Below, piece after piece: positions 1-14,222 of a stretch of 64,000 bases of DNA. The notes below the pieces were generated by a model, which saw only the letters and a list, made by a program, of their open reading frames with translations, was not told the DNA's origin and made no database searches. Position numbers and translations under genes: made by a program. Numbering within the stretch: the stretch's first letter is position 1; every line of letters begins with the position of its first letter. Source of the DNA: Eledone cirrhosa (taxonomy: Eukaryota); contig OZ024761.1 in NCBI GenBank assembly GCA_964016885.1, forward strand, positions 19,902,001 through 19,966,000, in the 5' to 3' direction.

Positions 1-70
1 CTGGCAATTTTACTCATGTTTGAAATGCATGAGACTCCCACAATCACACATCCATCGCCACTCCTGTTCC
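1..70 (-). CDS. Putative internal coding exon of an unidentified gene running off the left edge
   Basis: Minus-strand acceptor (ttttttag at 71-78) followed by one open frame, NRSGDGCVIVGVSCISNMSKIA; the other two frames have stops. Confidence 0.4.
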
Positions 71-184
71 CTAAAAAAATAAAGAAAATCTACTCCTGGC
101 AAAATGAAAATGGTATATTGTGCTCGTGTGATCAAACATTCAGCTCTTCAGAAGCAGATTTTATACCGATTCTAAGTAAAAAGT

Positions 185-420
185 GAAGGCACAGGACCTA
201 AGGGGTTATGGTGTTGGGCTCACTATTTTATTATGTCATGGCTTCGATTCCCAGATCAGGTGATGTGTTGTGTCCTTGAGCAAAGTATTACATTTCAAGT
301 TGCTCCAATAACAACAGTGTCTGCATGAGGATCCTTGCAATGGACTAACCTCCTGTCCAGAAAGGAACCTTGTACTCCCAGTTGCTTAACACCCAAGAAA
401 CCGGGATAAATAGCAAAGCT
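185..420 (+). mobile_element. Degenerate tRNA-derived SINE (Meta-like core)
   Basis: B-box-like GGCTTCGATTCC followed by gtgtccttgagcaa core shared with the 40594 SINE. Confidence 0.6.
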
Positions 421-612
421 CTAAAAAGGGGGAATATCAAAAATGAAATAAATATATGTGATTTAACATCTGCTTTCCTTGCTAACAGGGGTATATATAT
501 ATACAGGATATAACACAAGGCGGAAGAGACAGTTTTTTTTTTAAGTTCTAATTTTAGACACAAGGCCAGGAAACGTGACCCTTTTGACACCAAACCACCT
601 AAAACAACTTAC

Positions 613-640
613 TTTTGTGATAGAAATTGTTTATATTTAT
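613..640 (-). CDS. Putative 28-nt microexon (ININNFYHK) splicing in phase to the 1-70 exon
   Basis: Poly-T cag acceptor and GTAAGT donor on the minus strand. 27+1 nt completes an A|GG (Arg) codon with the next exon. Confidence 0.4.
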
Positions 641-3071
641 CTGAAAAAAAAAATTTTCTAGCTGCATGCCCTTCTTATCCCCAACCACTTTACAAGATGG
701 ACTGGGTGCCACCAGCACCAGAAAGGTCGTCTGTCAGGACTTAATTGTCCACTCTACCCTCTCTATCCGTTTTATATTCTTGTTTTCAAGGTGACTGCTC
801 TCCTAGACAGATGACCTTCCCTTTGACTTACAGAGTCCACAACTGCCCGGCACTGCCTCTTGCAGTCTTATCTTATTTAGAGTAACTACTCTCCCCAGAC
901 AGACAGACAACTTGCCTGGGGCTTATGGAGCCGTCTACCCACACAGTCTCAAATTATTCAATATTGTATTCTATCTTACATCCAGCTAGCAGGACAGAGC
1001 CGATGACACGTACTAGTCAGTAGCAATGAGAATATAAACAACAGGTATTTCAGCTGGAAGTCAGGCACAGATTTCACTATAAACCAACAGTAAAGCCATA
1101 AAGTCAGTTAGAAAGAAATCTGGACCACAAGTTTGTTATTTATTATCTTCTTCCAGGTCTTGTTGAACATCTTGACTGTCTCACATGAAAATCTCACAGA
1201 TTTTATTTGTTTTTCTTTCATATATTGATTTCTTTTCATCAACTACAATCAACCCATGCTAGCATGGAAAATGGACGTTTAAACGATGATGTTCATATAG
1301 CATTTTATAGGTAATTTTGTTTCTTCTTCACTGTTGACCACCTTTTGAACTTCATTGGATAAAATTTTAAATTCATAAACTATGAGATGAACAGAAATAC
1401 ATTAAAAACAATTACCATATATACTCAAATATAAGCTAAACCCCTATTTTATGTCTGAGAAATAGGAAAAAAATCCAAACCCTGTTTATAAACCGAGGCA
1501 GCTAATCAACCCATTATGTTTAGAAGGTGTGTATAAGCCACTCATCCCCCATTTTACCATCAATATTGGGGAGGGGGGTCCACATATTCCTCAACTTATA
1601 ATTTAGAATAGTGCAACACTTTTAAACTTAGTCAACATAATGAGAAAGCAACAACACCCCAACATGTACAACAACCCCGACACTAATGACTACCTCCTGG
1701 AACTTAACAACATAGTTAAAGATACCATTTACTAATGTTTTAGTTCCTACTAACAACAATTCTAAAGCATGTCAGCTTGACCTCAATCCCATTTAAATCG
1801 AGTTTCTATTTGTAGACAGATTCCTTTAGAAACCTTAACAGAAGCAAACAACTTTGACCATTAAAAGAAAATTGAATACTATATCACCTCAACACTTCTG
1901 TGACAACATTTCGAAGGAATGAGACACTGCCTATGGTTTTTCAAACAATCTCAAAAATAATTACTGAGATTGGCAGAGGAGATGATGAGGGAACGCGATG
2001 CTGAGAAGGACCTGTCTAACCGATGCAAGCATGGAAAAGCGGATATAAAAACGATGATGATGATACGTCGAGTTATAAATATATATACTCCCAAACAACC
2101 ATCGTTCTACACCACTAACAATGGCCTATATCACCAGATGTATGACTGTATCTAACAGTGAGTTAAATAATTACTATGTCAATTCATTCACAAAATATTT
2201 CACATTCTTAATTAATCTCCCAACAAATACTTGTCCAACATTCACCATTATTAACAGTTATCAATTCATCTCTGTTAACTCCACATTAAGGTCTTTCTCT
2301 CTCTCTGACGTGTGTGTGTGTGTGTATTACTATTATTACGATATTAATTCAGTCACCATTCACATTTCATCTATCTCATCATAATGTGACATTCCGAAAG
2401 GATTAACAAAAACAGCTAACCAGTCCTGTTAATGTCGATTATATATATACATTTATATATAATGGTTTCTGATCTATGAACACACACATATATATTAATA
2501 CAAACAACTTTCATGCTTACATATTTTACATTAGAGACAGTGGATAATTCTGCAGTCACCATGAGGCTCAGCCCCCCAAATCCTCTATCACCACTTACCC
2601 CAAGTTTTCCTTGGGCTACCTCAGCTGTATTTGTCTTTCAATTGGGGGAAGTTCAGATCCTGAGAAACAAGGATGAGAACTCTTAGTTTGTGTTGATCAA
2701 CATTTTTGTACCATTTTAGACAAAAGGAAATGGGCCCCGTCTTTATGCCAATTTGGTGAAAGCAATAGACATGTTTAGATTTTATTCTATCTCTTCACTG
2801 AAGATTATTTCCTTGGGAAGTGAATGTGTGTGAATATTAATCTCAATATACAGAGAAATGAGAAAATACATGTCTTCAGTGCATTTGAATACACAGTACA
2901 TGTCTTTTTTCCAATGTCTTGACAGAAATTATATATATATATGTTCTTCCTAACACCAACCACTTTACAGAGTGTACTGGGTGCTTTTATTGTGTAGATC
3001 ACCAGCACTAGAGAGGCTGTCATTTTCCTTGATACAACTAAAGAGTCCTCCCAACCTATATATATATATAT

Positions 3072-3308
3072 ATTTAGGGTGGGTAAAATTCCAGAGATCC
3101 ATGGACAAGTTCTCCTCAGCAGTCTCTGTTCATCATCACTGCTATGTCCCATATCCTCTGGAGTCCCGTGTTTCTCCTTAGGGCATCAACATGTCAACCT
3201 TGGTCTGCCTCTTCCAATGTGTCCAGGTAGGAGCTCCCACAGGACCACAGAGTGCAGGGTCAGCTCAATGTCAGTGAGCATGCCCAGCTAACCTCAGTCT
3301 CCTGTCAC
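3072..3308 (-). mobile_element. RTE LINE family B 3' fragment
   Basis: Matches the 25107-25352 terminus (RLRLAGHA...RGRPRLT) and has a (TA)n tail. Confidence 0.8.
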
Positions 3309-3364
3309 AGTAAAGGAAGCAGAGTTGATATGAGAGGTGGAGAATGTGTCGATATATATATATC

Positions 3365-4105
3365 TGATTCCGTCAGGGAAATGCCCATGTTCGATATGCA
3401 GAAAAGGAACTGGCATAAATTCTATAAAATGCACACAATGCAGATCCTTGGTACACAAGAGATGTAGCGAGATAGCAGGCAAACTAACAGGTAGGGAGAA
3501 ATAAGTATGCAGTAGATGTACAGGGAAATTAGACAGTAGAAGTCGCATTGATAGACACATTTTTCAAATGCAGGCGGGTGCTATAGAAGTGGTGGATAGC
3601 TTCCGGTACCTAGATCAGATTAGCATGGGAGGGGGGGGGGGTCCGAGGCCATAGTATCTAGAATAAGGACGGGTTGGAAGAAGTTTAGGGAGCTGCTTCC
3701 TCTGCTGACAAAGAAGGGCTTCTCCCTGAGTACGAAAGGCCGGTTATATGATGCCTGTGTGAGGAGCGTGATGCTGCATGGTAGTGAGACATGGGTAGCA
3801 ACGGCTGGAGAGAAATGAGGCAAGCATGCTCCGTTGGATGTGCAATGTCAATGTGCGTGAACGACCTAGCATGAATGTGATGAGAGAGAAACTGTGTCTG
3901 ATAGGGATAGAATGTAGTGTGAGAGAGAAGACTGAGGTGGTATGGACATGTGATGCGCATGGAGGATGACCGATGGGTGAAGAAGTGCTAGGAAATGCCA
4001 GTTGAAGGAAGATGTGGTAGAGGTAGACCACGAAGTGGAGAGATGCTGTGCTGAATAAGACCCGTCCCACCCTTGCAAGTGGGAAGAGCGGACATAAAAT
4101 GATGA
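3365..4105 (+). mobile_element. Degraded RTE family A 3' part
   Basis: Near-identical to 26925-27760 but with frameshifts and deletions; same cccacccttgcaag 3' end. Confidence 0.9.
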
Positions 4106-4119
4106 ATATATATATATAT

Positions 4120-5027
4120 GTCATCATCATCATCGTTTAACGTCCATCTTCCACGCTTGCATGGGTTTGGACGGGAGTTTTCCCACTTGAGGCAAGAGTG
4201 GTTGTCTTGCTCGCATAGGACTGTCTGGCGGGTTTTCTATGGCTGGATGCCCTTCCTAACACCAACCACGTTTACAGTGTGGACTGGGAGGTTTTTACCG
4301 TGTTACCTACACGGCCACATTACAGCGTGGACTGTGTTTTTTTGTCGTGACACCTACACAACATTTGTTTCGAACTGGATGTTGTGGTACCAACATAACT
4401 TTACATTGAAAGGGGTGGTGTGGATGGGGTGGGGATAGTGAGATGGGGGTGTATTTTTGTTAGAGGTGCCTACTGACTGTAGTTGGTTTCACTTTGTACT
4501 TAGGTAAGGCGGGTCTTCTGTATTACTGTGTAGCGCCAAAGATCTCGGTCCAGTGACATTGTCTTGGAGAGGTGTAAGTGTGTGAGGTCGGAATTTATCA
4601 AGTCGTCCCAGGTTTTTCTGGGTCTGCCTACTCTGTGGTTACCATCTATTTTTATTGCCCTGCACTTTTTTATACAGCTGTCGTCTTTCATGCGCATCAC
4701 GTGACCATACCAACGTAGTCTTCTCTCGAGTAAACAACATCTGATCCCTCTTATTTCTAATTTTTCCCTAGTTCGTTTATGCTTTGCCGTTCATGTATAT
4801 TACTATTACACATCCAGCGGAGCATGCAAGCTTCGTTCCTCTCCAGTCTGCCTATATCCTCTGCACACAATGCCCAGGTCTCACTGCCATGTAACATCGC
4901 TGTTCGTATGCAGGCATCATACAGCCGGCCTTTCATTTTTAGAGATAACCCTTTCGCAGCTAATAGTGGTATAAGCTCTCTGAACTTTTTCCATCCAGTT
5001 CTGACTCTAGCTACTGTACTTTCAGAG

Positions 5028-5030
<3 letters not shown>
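4120..5030 (-). mobile_element. RTE LINE family C 3' fragment with 3'UTR
   Basis: MMRMKDDSCIKKC...GRPRKTW...DRDLWR and (ATG)n tail; inverse copy of 43790-44270. Confidence 0.85.
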
Positions 5031-5066
<36 letters not shown>

Positions 5067-5838
5067 ATTCTGGTGAGTTGGTAGCAATCATAAGACAAAT
5101 TCCTTTACAGTATTTGCTCTGGCTCAGTGTTCAAATCCTACGGGAGTTAAATTTGTTTTTCTCCTTAATAGAGGTGAAAAGGGGTCAAAAAAATATAACA
5201 CAAATTAGGGATAGAATTATTACAATAGGGGGATAAGATGCCTTCTGGTATTTGTTCTGAGTTCAACATTAGCACCTGGCCCTTGGGTGCCTTTACAGGG
5301 TCCTATCTGTTGCAAACATTGGGACCAGGCCTCTAGATGCACAACACATTTAGCCTCCCCACCACCACCCTTAAAAAACCATGGACACTGCATACCCCTG
5401 ACTAAAATAGTAAAGATATATCCTAAACGGACGGTAGTCCGTTTAGTAATATTGTTGTGGTCGTGTTTTCGTTGGCAATCGTCTGTTTACGACAGTGCAG
5501 CGCGGCTCTACTTTATTTAACTGAGATAAAACTTATATGAGCATGAACAGTAGATCATTACGCATCTTTTGGCTTAAAAATCGAGAAATTTGGTCCAGCG
5601 GGGAAAAAGTTTATAATCAAAGTTTGCTGATAAATCTTGTGTTCAAGTGAGTGAGTAGTAAGCGTGACGCTAGGGGAGGTAATCCAGAAATGACGTAGCT
5701 TTGTCATTAAGCCAGTTGCCTCAACTAGATTGCAATTATACTCAAAAGAACTTTAAAATGTCAATCACTTGTCAGTAATTCACTATGATCATTTAATTAT
5801 TAGATAGTTGTTGCTTGCATTGTCTTAAAAAATAGTAG

Positions 5839-6890
5839 ACCAGATAGAAAAATGCGTACAGCAAAAAAAAGTAATATTGTTGGAATATAAACCTTTAAAA
5901 ATACAAGACAAGAAACTAAAATAAAACTTTAAAGAATAGGACAAGAAACTAAGATAAAACTTTAAAAGAATAGGACAAGAAACTAAGATAAAACTTTAAA
6001 GAATTGGACAAGAAATAAAAAATTTTACAATAATATTAGTGGCAAAATTTTTTTATTCGTTTCCTGTGCTATGCCCCAGTATCTTCTTGATTAGTGCATA
6101 ATAATTGTCATGCTCTCATTGTGCGTTGCCCCCGAGCGGTTGGTTCTGGTTGGGGTTGGTTGGCTGATCAGTTCTGCTCCGTCAGAATGACCATTGCAAG
6201 AAGAATTGGCCGATGCAGCTGCAGGTCTCCTCCAAGAATGCACTTCTGGTCCCGCAACACCAGACGAAGATGGAGAAGACGACCGGGACAAGATGTCGAC
6301 TGACCACCGACTACGGCACCTCCCTCCCTCTGTCCCGTCATCCCTCCAGTCCTCCTGCTCCCCCTTCCTGTACCAGAAAGCTGTGGCACGCATTCATCTG
6401 GACTGCCAAACTTGAACTCAAGGACAGGATACAAGGAGAAGATGGACGAGTTGGTCAAGATCAAGGATGAGCGGGACGACAAGACCGTCCGCTGCTGTTC
6501 AAGATCTGTGCTCATGGGCCCATTCACATTATGCATGACACATGAGGTGTGTCGCCGAATGATGAAATAGGGGTATGGTTATGGCCCAATTGGTGTTCAA
6601 ACCAGGATCCCCCCGGTCTGACGACGACCTCTGAATGTGGAACCCAGAGCCTATGAATGTGGAACTCGATTTTTTACCAATAAAAATTTTGCCACTAATA
6701 TTATTGTAAAATTTTTTATTTCTTGTCCAATTCTTTAAAGTTTTATCTTAGTTTCTTGTCCTATTCTTTTTAAGTTTTATCTTAGTTTCTTGTCCTATTC
6801 TTTTAAAGTTTTATTTTAGTTTGTCCTGTATTTTTAAAGGTTTATATTCCAATATTACTTTTTTTTGCTGTACGCATTTTTCTATCTGGT
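5839..6890. mobile_element. Foldback-like non-autonomous DNA element with ~220-bp TIRs and a GC-rich ~620-bp interior
   Basis: 5839-6060 is the reverse complement of 6676-6890 (ACCAGATAGAAAAATGCGTACAGC...). The TIRs contain ~33-bp tandem subrepeats. No clear TSD. Confidence 0.85.
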
Positions 6891-7781
6891 ACGTATATGT
6901 AAGGTATGCAAACACACACAGATATACGTATATGTAAGACATACACACACACACATATACGTAAGATATATATATACATAGATATATACGTATATGTAAG
7001 ACATATATACACAGTTATATTACATATATACGATATATCTATATATTTTATATATACACTCCCTACATACGCTTATATAGATATTTACCTGCATATATAT
7101 ATACAATATATATATATATCATACATGTATAAATAAATAAATATACATACACAAACAACAATCTTATACGCAGATTATATATATATATAGCAATTTTCTA
7201 TAGCGATTACAATATTTGTGGTAAAATATATCTGTGCTGTAAGATAATGGTGGTTTTTCAAGAATCTCCTCTGCACGTTTCCAACCATTCTCAACGCCAT
7301 TTCTTTAGTTTTAAGTCAAGAATGGTTTTACCGTTCAGGAATAACTTCCAACACAATATATCATCTCTACTTTCAATATATTCGCAATATATTCTACCAG
7401 AAATGTCATTCCTTTCCTAAAATATCTACATTACTACATCAGTAAATTTAAAGGCTACTACATAACATATTTAACGACATATATATATACGTACATATGT
7501 ATATATATATATATATAGAGAGAGATATATATACGGAGATATATATATATATCATATATCTGTATATCTATATATATAGATATATATATACCTGTGTATA
7601 TATATAGAATAGTTGATTCAATTATTAGAAAGAAATTGGTGGACTCACTGCATAGATATGTAGCCGGCATTTTATTACTACACACAGACACACATATATA
7701 CATGCATACACATACATACACACACCACATATACACGCACACACACCACATATACACACACACACACACCACATATACACG

Positions 7782-7821
<40 letters not shown>

Positions 7822-8224
7822 CACAAGAAATTGTTTGGTTGCGTAGAGAAATTTCAGCGTAATAAATACGTAGGTAATACTTCTAGTCGTTCATTATAGG
7901 AGCAGCTAAACGAAACATTATTACCTAAAATATATATATATAATCTATCTAAAATATATATCATAACATCTAAAATATCTAGAATATATATTATATAGCT
8001 AAAATATCTAGAATATAATAGGAAGAGAGGCCAGGAGATACAGAGAGAAGTAAAAAAAATGTCGGCATTCACTATTTCAATGTAACCCGAAACCAAATAT
8101 TATAAAAGAGAAGATATTTCTTGTGAGCGTTAAATGATAAAACTACACTCGTTGATATTTACTGCATATATAGTATATACTGATTCAAAAGTTGTTAGAC
8201 AGGGGTGTATATATTATACATACA

Positions 8225-8271
<47 letters not shown>

Positions 8272-10526
8272 TGAACATTTATAATATATTTATATATATA
8301 TATAATGAATGGAGATTTATAATATATATAATAAATGGAGATTTATTATATATAGAGAGAGATTGATCCTGGGTAAATAATGGGTTAAATAACTCCACAA
8401 AGTACAAAACAGAATCAAGTCTATCCTTTACACGAAAAAATAATTAGAATTTCGTCCAAATATAATTTTTTATGTATTTTTTTTCCGTCTATATATATAA
8501 ATACCCGTCTATATATATAAATATACACACATTTATGTCTATATATATATGTCGATCTTTATATATATCCAGGTTTTTTTACTTTGGTGAGTGTTATAAT
8601 AAAAATATTGAAGGGGGTGGAGACCGGGTCTGAGACGGTTTAAGTCTCACAAATACATTGAAATAATCTGCTGAAGGAGAAGACCAACAAGACAGACAGA
8701 AATATAATTGTTATATAAGATTGATTAATTAATTAGATTTATAAGAGCCTTATCGATTGTTTTTATTATTTTATTTTTAATCAGCAAAAGAAAGGAGAGA
8801 GAGATAAAAATGTTGGATGGAAGTCGTCAATGTCAATTGTTGGGCTAGAGAAAAACTACAAGACTTTCGACTGGATGTGTGTATATATATATATACACAC
8901 GGATCTCTATATATATATAGAGAGATATATACTATGTTAAGGTATCGATACATATTAAATATATATCGATCATGTTTCTCAATAAAAAAAAAAAAGCTCA
9001 ATGGACCTTATAGTTCAGAGTATCAATTTTACAAGATCTCTCCCTATATATATATCCATATTATAGATTATACATGATCTCTCCCTATATATATATTACA
9101 GACACACATCTATAATAGATATATATTATAGATGTATATTTCTTCTCTCCCTATATATACTTATATAGAAATATACATCTGATATATATTTCTTCTCTCC
9201 CTATATATATGTATATAGAAATATACATCTGATGTATATTTCTTCAGCTCGATGTTTAAATAAGTAAAAACTATTAGAAAAAAAATCCCCAGAAGACCAA
9301 AGTTAGGTTTAATAGTTTTTAGAAGTAATTGCAAGTTGGAGTTTGTTGTGTACAACAAAACAACTAAAGTGTAAATTATTAATAAGATGGAGAGAGGAAA
9401 GGGGTAGCTTCTTCTTGTTCATGTTGTATATGAGAGAGAAGAGGAGAGAGAGGTTTGAAACAAGCAGCAAAGAGAAGGTTATATAAGGTGTAACTAGACA
9501 TGTATATATACTCTACACACACACACATGTATATATATATATATATATATACACCTTACGAGAAAGACTGAGCAAGTGGCAAAATGCCACATTCCCTCCC
9601 ACCGAATCCTCTTCAATTAATGGACGCAACTAAACGATTCTTTATACATGTATATAATGTGTATATATATATGTGTGTGTGTGTATATATATATACACAC
9701 AAGTATAAAAGTACTCACACAACGAGTATAAATGAACTCATTCACATATCTATATACTTTAAACTGAATGACAGGGGTTATAGGTTAATTTATATACACA
9801 CATGTATACATACATACACCATATATACATATTTTCTACACAAATCCAGTAAAAGTCCTCCACGTGATTTAAGATAGGGAGAGAAAAAAAAAAAATCTTT
9901 GATAATGGAAATGAAGGAATAAACCACCCACCACCCCAAATATAATATATATATATTTTTTTTATAGTATATTACTAGAGATAAAAGTTGTGTTAACGAG
10001 TTTCTATGGGAGGGAATAGGTGTTATTTTATGGGCTTGGGTTTAAATATGAAATATGTTGAGGACGACTGAGGGATGTGAGGCAGTAACAGAAAACAAAA
10101 TCAAAATGAAAAACAAGACAGATAGACTGAATGTATATATAATATAATATATATATATATATACATCATATAGTATATACAGAGTATATATATATATATA
10201 TATATATAGCGTATATATATATATATACATATATACATATATATACATATATACGCTATATATTATACATGAGCAAGATAGATGGAAGCAACAGCAGCGT
10301 AAAACAAAACGAAATGAAAAGCAAGACAAAGCTGGAAGATATATATTATATAGAGTATATACAGTGTATTATAGGAGGGCAGCTACTATGAAAGCAACAT
10401 CTTCCATAATGGGCCAAAAGCTGTGAAAGTGACACGCTTGCCACACGTGATACTCCACACTTACATATAACAACTACAACTGGTTATATACCAATAATAC
10501 TAACTTATTATGTATAATATAACATA

Positions 10527-10865
10527 TAATCTATTAATATACAATATATATAGTAGAATACAATATATATAACAATCTATTAATATACAATATATAGTAT
10601 ATATTCTATTAATATACAATATATATAGTAGAATACAATATATATAACAATCTATTAATATACAATATATAGTATATATTCTATTAATATACAATATATA
10701 TAGTAGAATACAATATATATAACAATCTATTAATATACAATATATAGTATATATTCTATTAATATACAATATATATAACATATAATCTATTAATATACAA
10801 TATATATAGTATATAATCTATTAATATACAATATATATAACATATAATCTATTAATATACAATAT
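10527..10865. repeat. AT-rich minisatellite, ~75-bp unit with ctattaatatacaatatata subunits
   Basis: Directly visible; gives the 25-aa periodicity in ORF 10500-10781. Confidence 0.9.
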
Positions 10866-11759
10866 AAAATATATCAGTTGAATTAATTTAACATTTTTTC
10901 AGAGGTAAATGAGGCTGGTTAGTGAAACATAACTGATTTAACCAATAAAACTTACTAAATATATATATATATAAAATATATACATGATATATATATAAAA
11001 TATACACGATATATAAGATAAAACGTATGATATTATTTGCAGGGGGTGGCAAGTGGGGAAGAGGGTGACATATAAAATCTCACCTTTATTACATCGAATA
11101 AACTTCATTTTGGGCTTGAGGAGTTCCAGAATCAATTTTCACAAATTCAGCAATCTTGAACAGAATATATATAGACACTGGTATATATGGTGAGTGTATA
11201 TAGACAGATGTATATGTAGACAGATATGTGGGTGTATATATAGACAGACAGACAGATGTATATATGGTGTGTACACGTGTGTACAACTACAACAATCCTG
11301 TGTATATAACACTATGTAGGACTAAATACATGTGTCTGTGTGTGTAATGTGATGATAGATGATGTTAGACTATATTAGATGTGATATTAGATGATATATT
11401 AGATGTGATATTAGATGTTATATTTTAAACAATAAAGGATAGATGTATATATAGACAGATGTGTATATAGACAGATGTATATATATATAGACAGATGTGT
11501 ATATAGACAGATGTATATATTTTACCAAGAAATTATATTTGAAGGTGAAATTATCTAAATTTTTTACCAACGGAAAGGGAGGGGTGGGTGTGTAGTGGGT
11601 ATATATAGTGGGTATATAGTGGGTGTATATAGTGGGTATTACTTTTATTTGTTGTTCCCAAGAGATATTTAAAAATAAGACGAGTTATTTTAGAGAAGAG
11701 TGGGAAAGTTAATAAGGTCATGGAACCTGTTGTACAGGGTGGGGGAGCAGGGGGAGTGG

Positions 11760-12100
11760 GGTTATATAGGGGAGAGAAGTACGACAGGAGGGTGTGGGGT
11801 TATAAATATATAGGGGTGTATATGACAGAAGTACCACAGGGGGATGTGGGGTTATATATAAACGAGAGAGAGAGATATAGAGAGAGAAGTACTACAAGGG
11901 GATGTGGAGTTATATATATATATAGGGGTGTATATGAGAGAGAAGTACCACAGGGGGGGGGGGTTTATATGTATATGTGTGTGTATATGAGAGAGAAGTA
12001 CCACGGGGTGATGTGGAGTTATACACACCTATATATATGTGTGTATATATATATGTGAGTGTGTGTATGTGTGAGAAGTACCACAGGGTAATGATTGTGG
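11760..12100. repeat. Degenerate ~55-65-bp repeat (gagagaagtaccacagggggatgtggggttatata)
   Basis: About 6 diverged copies. Confidence 0.75.
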
Positions 12101-12484
12101 ATTTTATAGACACCTATATATGTATATATATATAGATGTGTCTGTGTGTATGTGTGTGTAGAGAGAGATGTGTATATATATAGATATGTATGTATAAAGA
12201 TGAGAAGACAGAAGCCAAGTGAAGGTTTCTTTTTCTCCAAAGGTGGTCGAAGACATCAAAGTTAAAATATTTTAAATATAAATAAAATAAAATATATTTA
12301 AGGAGGGAGACCGGGGGGGGGGGGGTATTTAATGAAATAATAAATAATAGATCAATAGATCAAAGTAAAATGTGAAGAATTAGAGAAATATTGTAAATCT
12401 AATCTATTTTATTAATGGAAATAATTTAACAAGATTTCAATATTTCAACAGAAGTTTATATATGGAAACGTTTGGGGGGTCACC

Positions 12485-12785
12485 TATTGAGGATTAGGGG
12501 TTTAATTGGAATATTGTGAGGGTTTATTGGGATATTTAGGGGTTTAGAGGTTTATTGGGATATTTAGGGGATTTCTTGGGGGGTATTTTAGGGGTTTATT
12601 GGGATATTTAGGGGTTTAATTGGAATATTGAGGGTTTATTGGGATATTTAGGGGTTTAATTGGAATATTGTGAAGGTTTATTGGGATATTTAATGATTTA
12701 TTGGGGTATTTAGGGGATTTATTGGGGGTATTTAGGGAATTGATTGGGGTATTGTGGAATATTTTGGGGATATTTTGGAAATACT
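12485..12785. repeat. G-rich ~21-bp minisatellite (ttattgggatatttaggggt)
   Basis: More than 10 degenerate copies with strong G/T strand skew. Confidence 0.85.
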
Positions 12786-14002
12786 GTTTTACAAATATAA
12801 ATGAAAAAATAGAAATGATTTTTACCAGTAATTTTGGTTTTAATATTTCCCAGGTTTGAATTTCAAAGACCAGCAATTGAGTGTAAATATATATATGTGT
12901 ATATATATGAGTGTGGAATATATAAAGATATATAGGTGTGTTATCTCAGGTGTTTGTGTATAAGAACTGCTATGGAATTACAGGTGTTGTTGTCCTTCTA
13001 TGTAATATATATATATAGTATATATACTATATACTATATATATAGCCAGACTTTCCTAATATTGAAAACAAATAGTAATAATATAGTAATCGATCAATCG
13101 ATCAATTTATAAAATGAAATAAAGATATTTTGTTGTTCCAGTTGTAAAGAAATCCAGTTTTTTTTTTGTTTGGTTTAAAGAGAGAAAAGGGTAAAAAAAT
13201 AATAAATGATGTCCAGTTTTTTGGGGTCTGTTTTTTAAATAAAAATCAATAAAAAACCCCCAAGATTCACATGGTCTGTATTCATATTGAACCAATATAT
13301 ATATTATATATGTGTGTGATGTGTGTAATCGTCCTAGGATGCAGCAGACATCAATAAATGACAAGAAGACCAACAAGATGAAGATAAAAGCTGTAGAAAG
13401 ATGTGATGTCTCCTTCTACAAACTACCATGTTGCTAATACGAGAGATGTTGCTGTTGTTGTTACTCGGCTTATATCTTCTTATTTAATACATACAGTGTT
13501 CCAAACACCGAGATCAGATCGATCTGATTGATCTGGAGTGATTTAATTGATTTTAATTAGAAGTTTCATTCAATTAAGCGGCAAAGGTCGTCGGTCGGGT
13601 TTTGTTGGGGGCGGGGGAAATATAGGAAAATAAATGGGGGAAAAAAAAAAGGAAAAATAGGGGTTTGTTTTTGAATGACTATAAAATAAAAGAGATGTAG
13701 TTTGTTGCACGGTGGTGCGGCTTAATTACACGAACACACCATAAATTGTCTGGTCCTTCTTCTTCTTCTTGTGGTGGTCTTTCGTGTATGTGTGTCTTGC
13801 CTTTTTCTTTTTTTTACAGAAAAGTTGGTTGTATTATATATATTCCCTCTATCTCTCTGGTATATGTCTGTCTGTGTTGTTGTCTTTCTTTCCCCCAATT
13901 TCCCTTGAAAGAACGTGTAAGAGTGTTGCGTGTCTCTGAGTTGGGAAAGAAGCTCAACTGCTTTACTACAGCTCTCTCTCTAATGGACGACACTGCCCAC
14001 GC

Positions 14003-14222
14003 GAGGAGTAATAGTAAGAGGAAGAGGGACTAGAGTGGTAGCAACAGCGGCTGGGAGTAACAGTCAGAGGTAGAGACTACAGTGGTAGCAACAGGAGTAA
14101 CAGTGCGAGGTACAGTGACTGGAGTGGTAGCAACAGGAGTAATAGCGGGAGGAAGAGAGACTACAGTGGTAGCAGCAGGAGTAACAGTAAGAGTAGGAAG
14201 AACTACAGTAGTAGCAAAAGGA
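14003..14222. repeat. Degenerate ~42-bp tandem repeat (aggagtaacagt...gactacagtggtagcaac)
   Basis: About 5 copies. Confidence 0.8.

Noticed and set aside
2600-2660. Minus-strand exon with good splice sites
   Set aside because: Stops in all three frames; not supportable as coding.
5423-5446. 10-bp hairpin as a Helitron 3' end
   Set aside because: No CTRR terminus at the expected distance.
12485-12785. Interstitial telomere
   Set aside because: TTAGGG is not tandem; it occurs once per ~21-bp unit.
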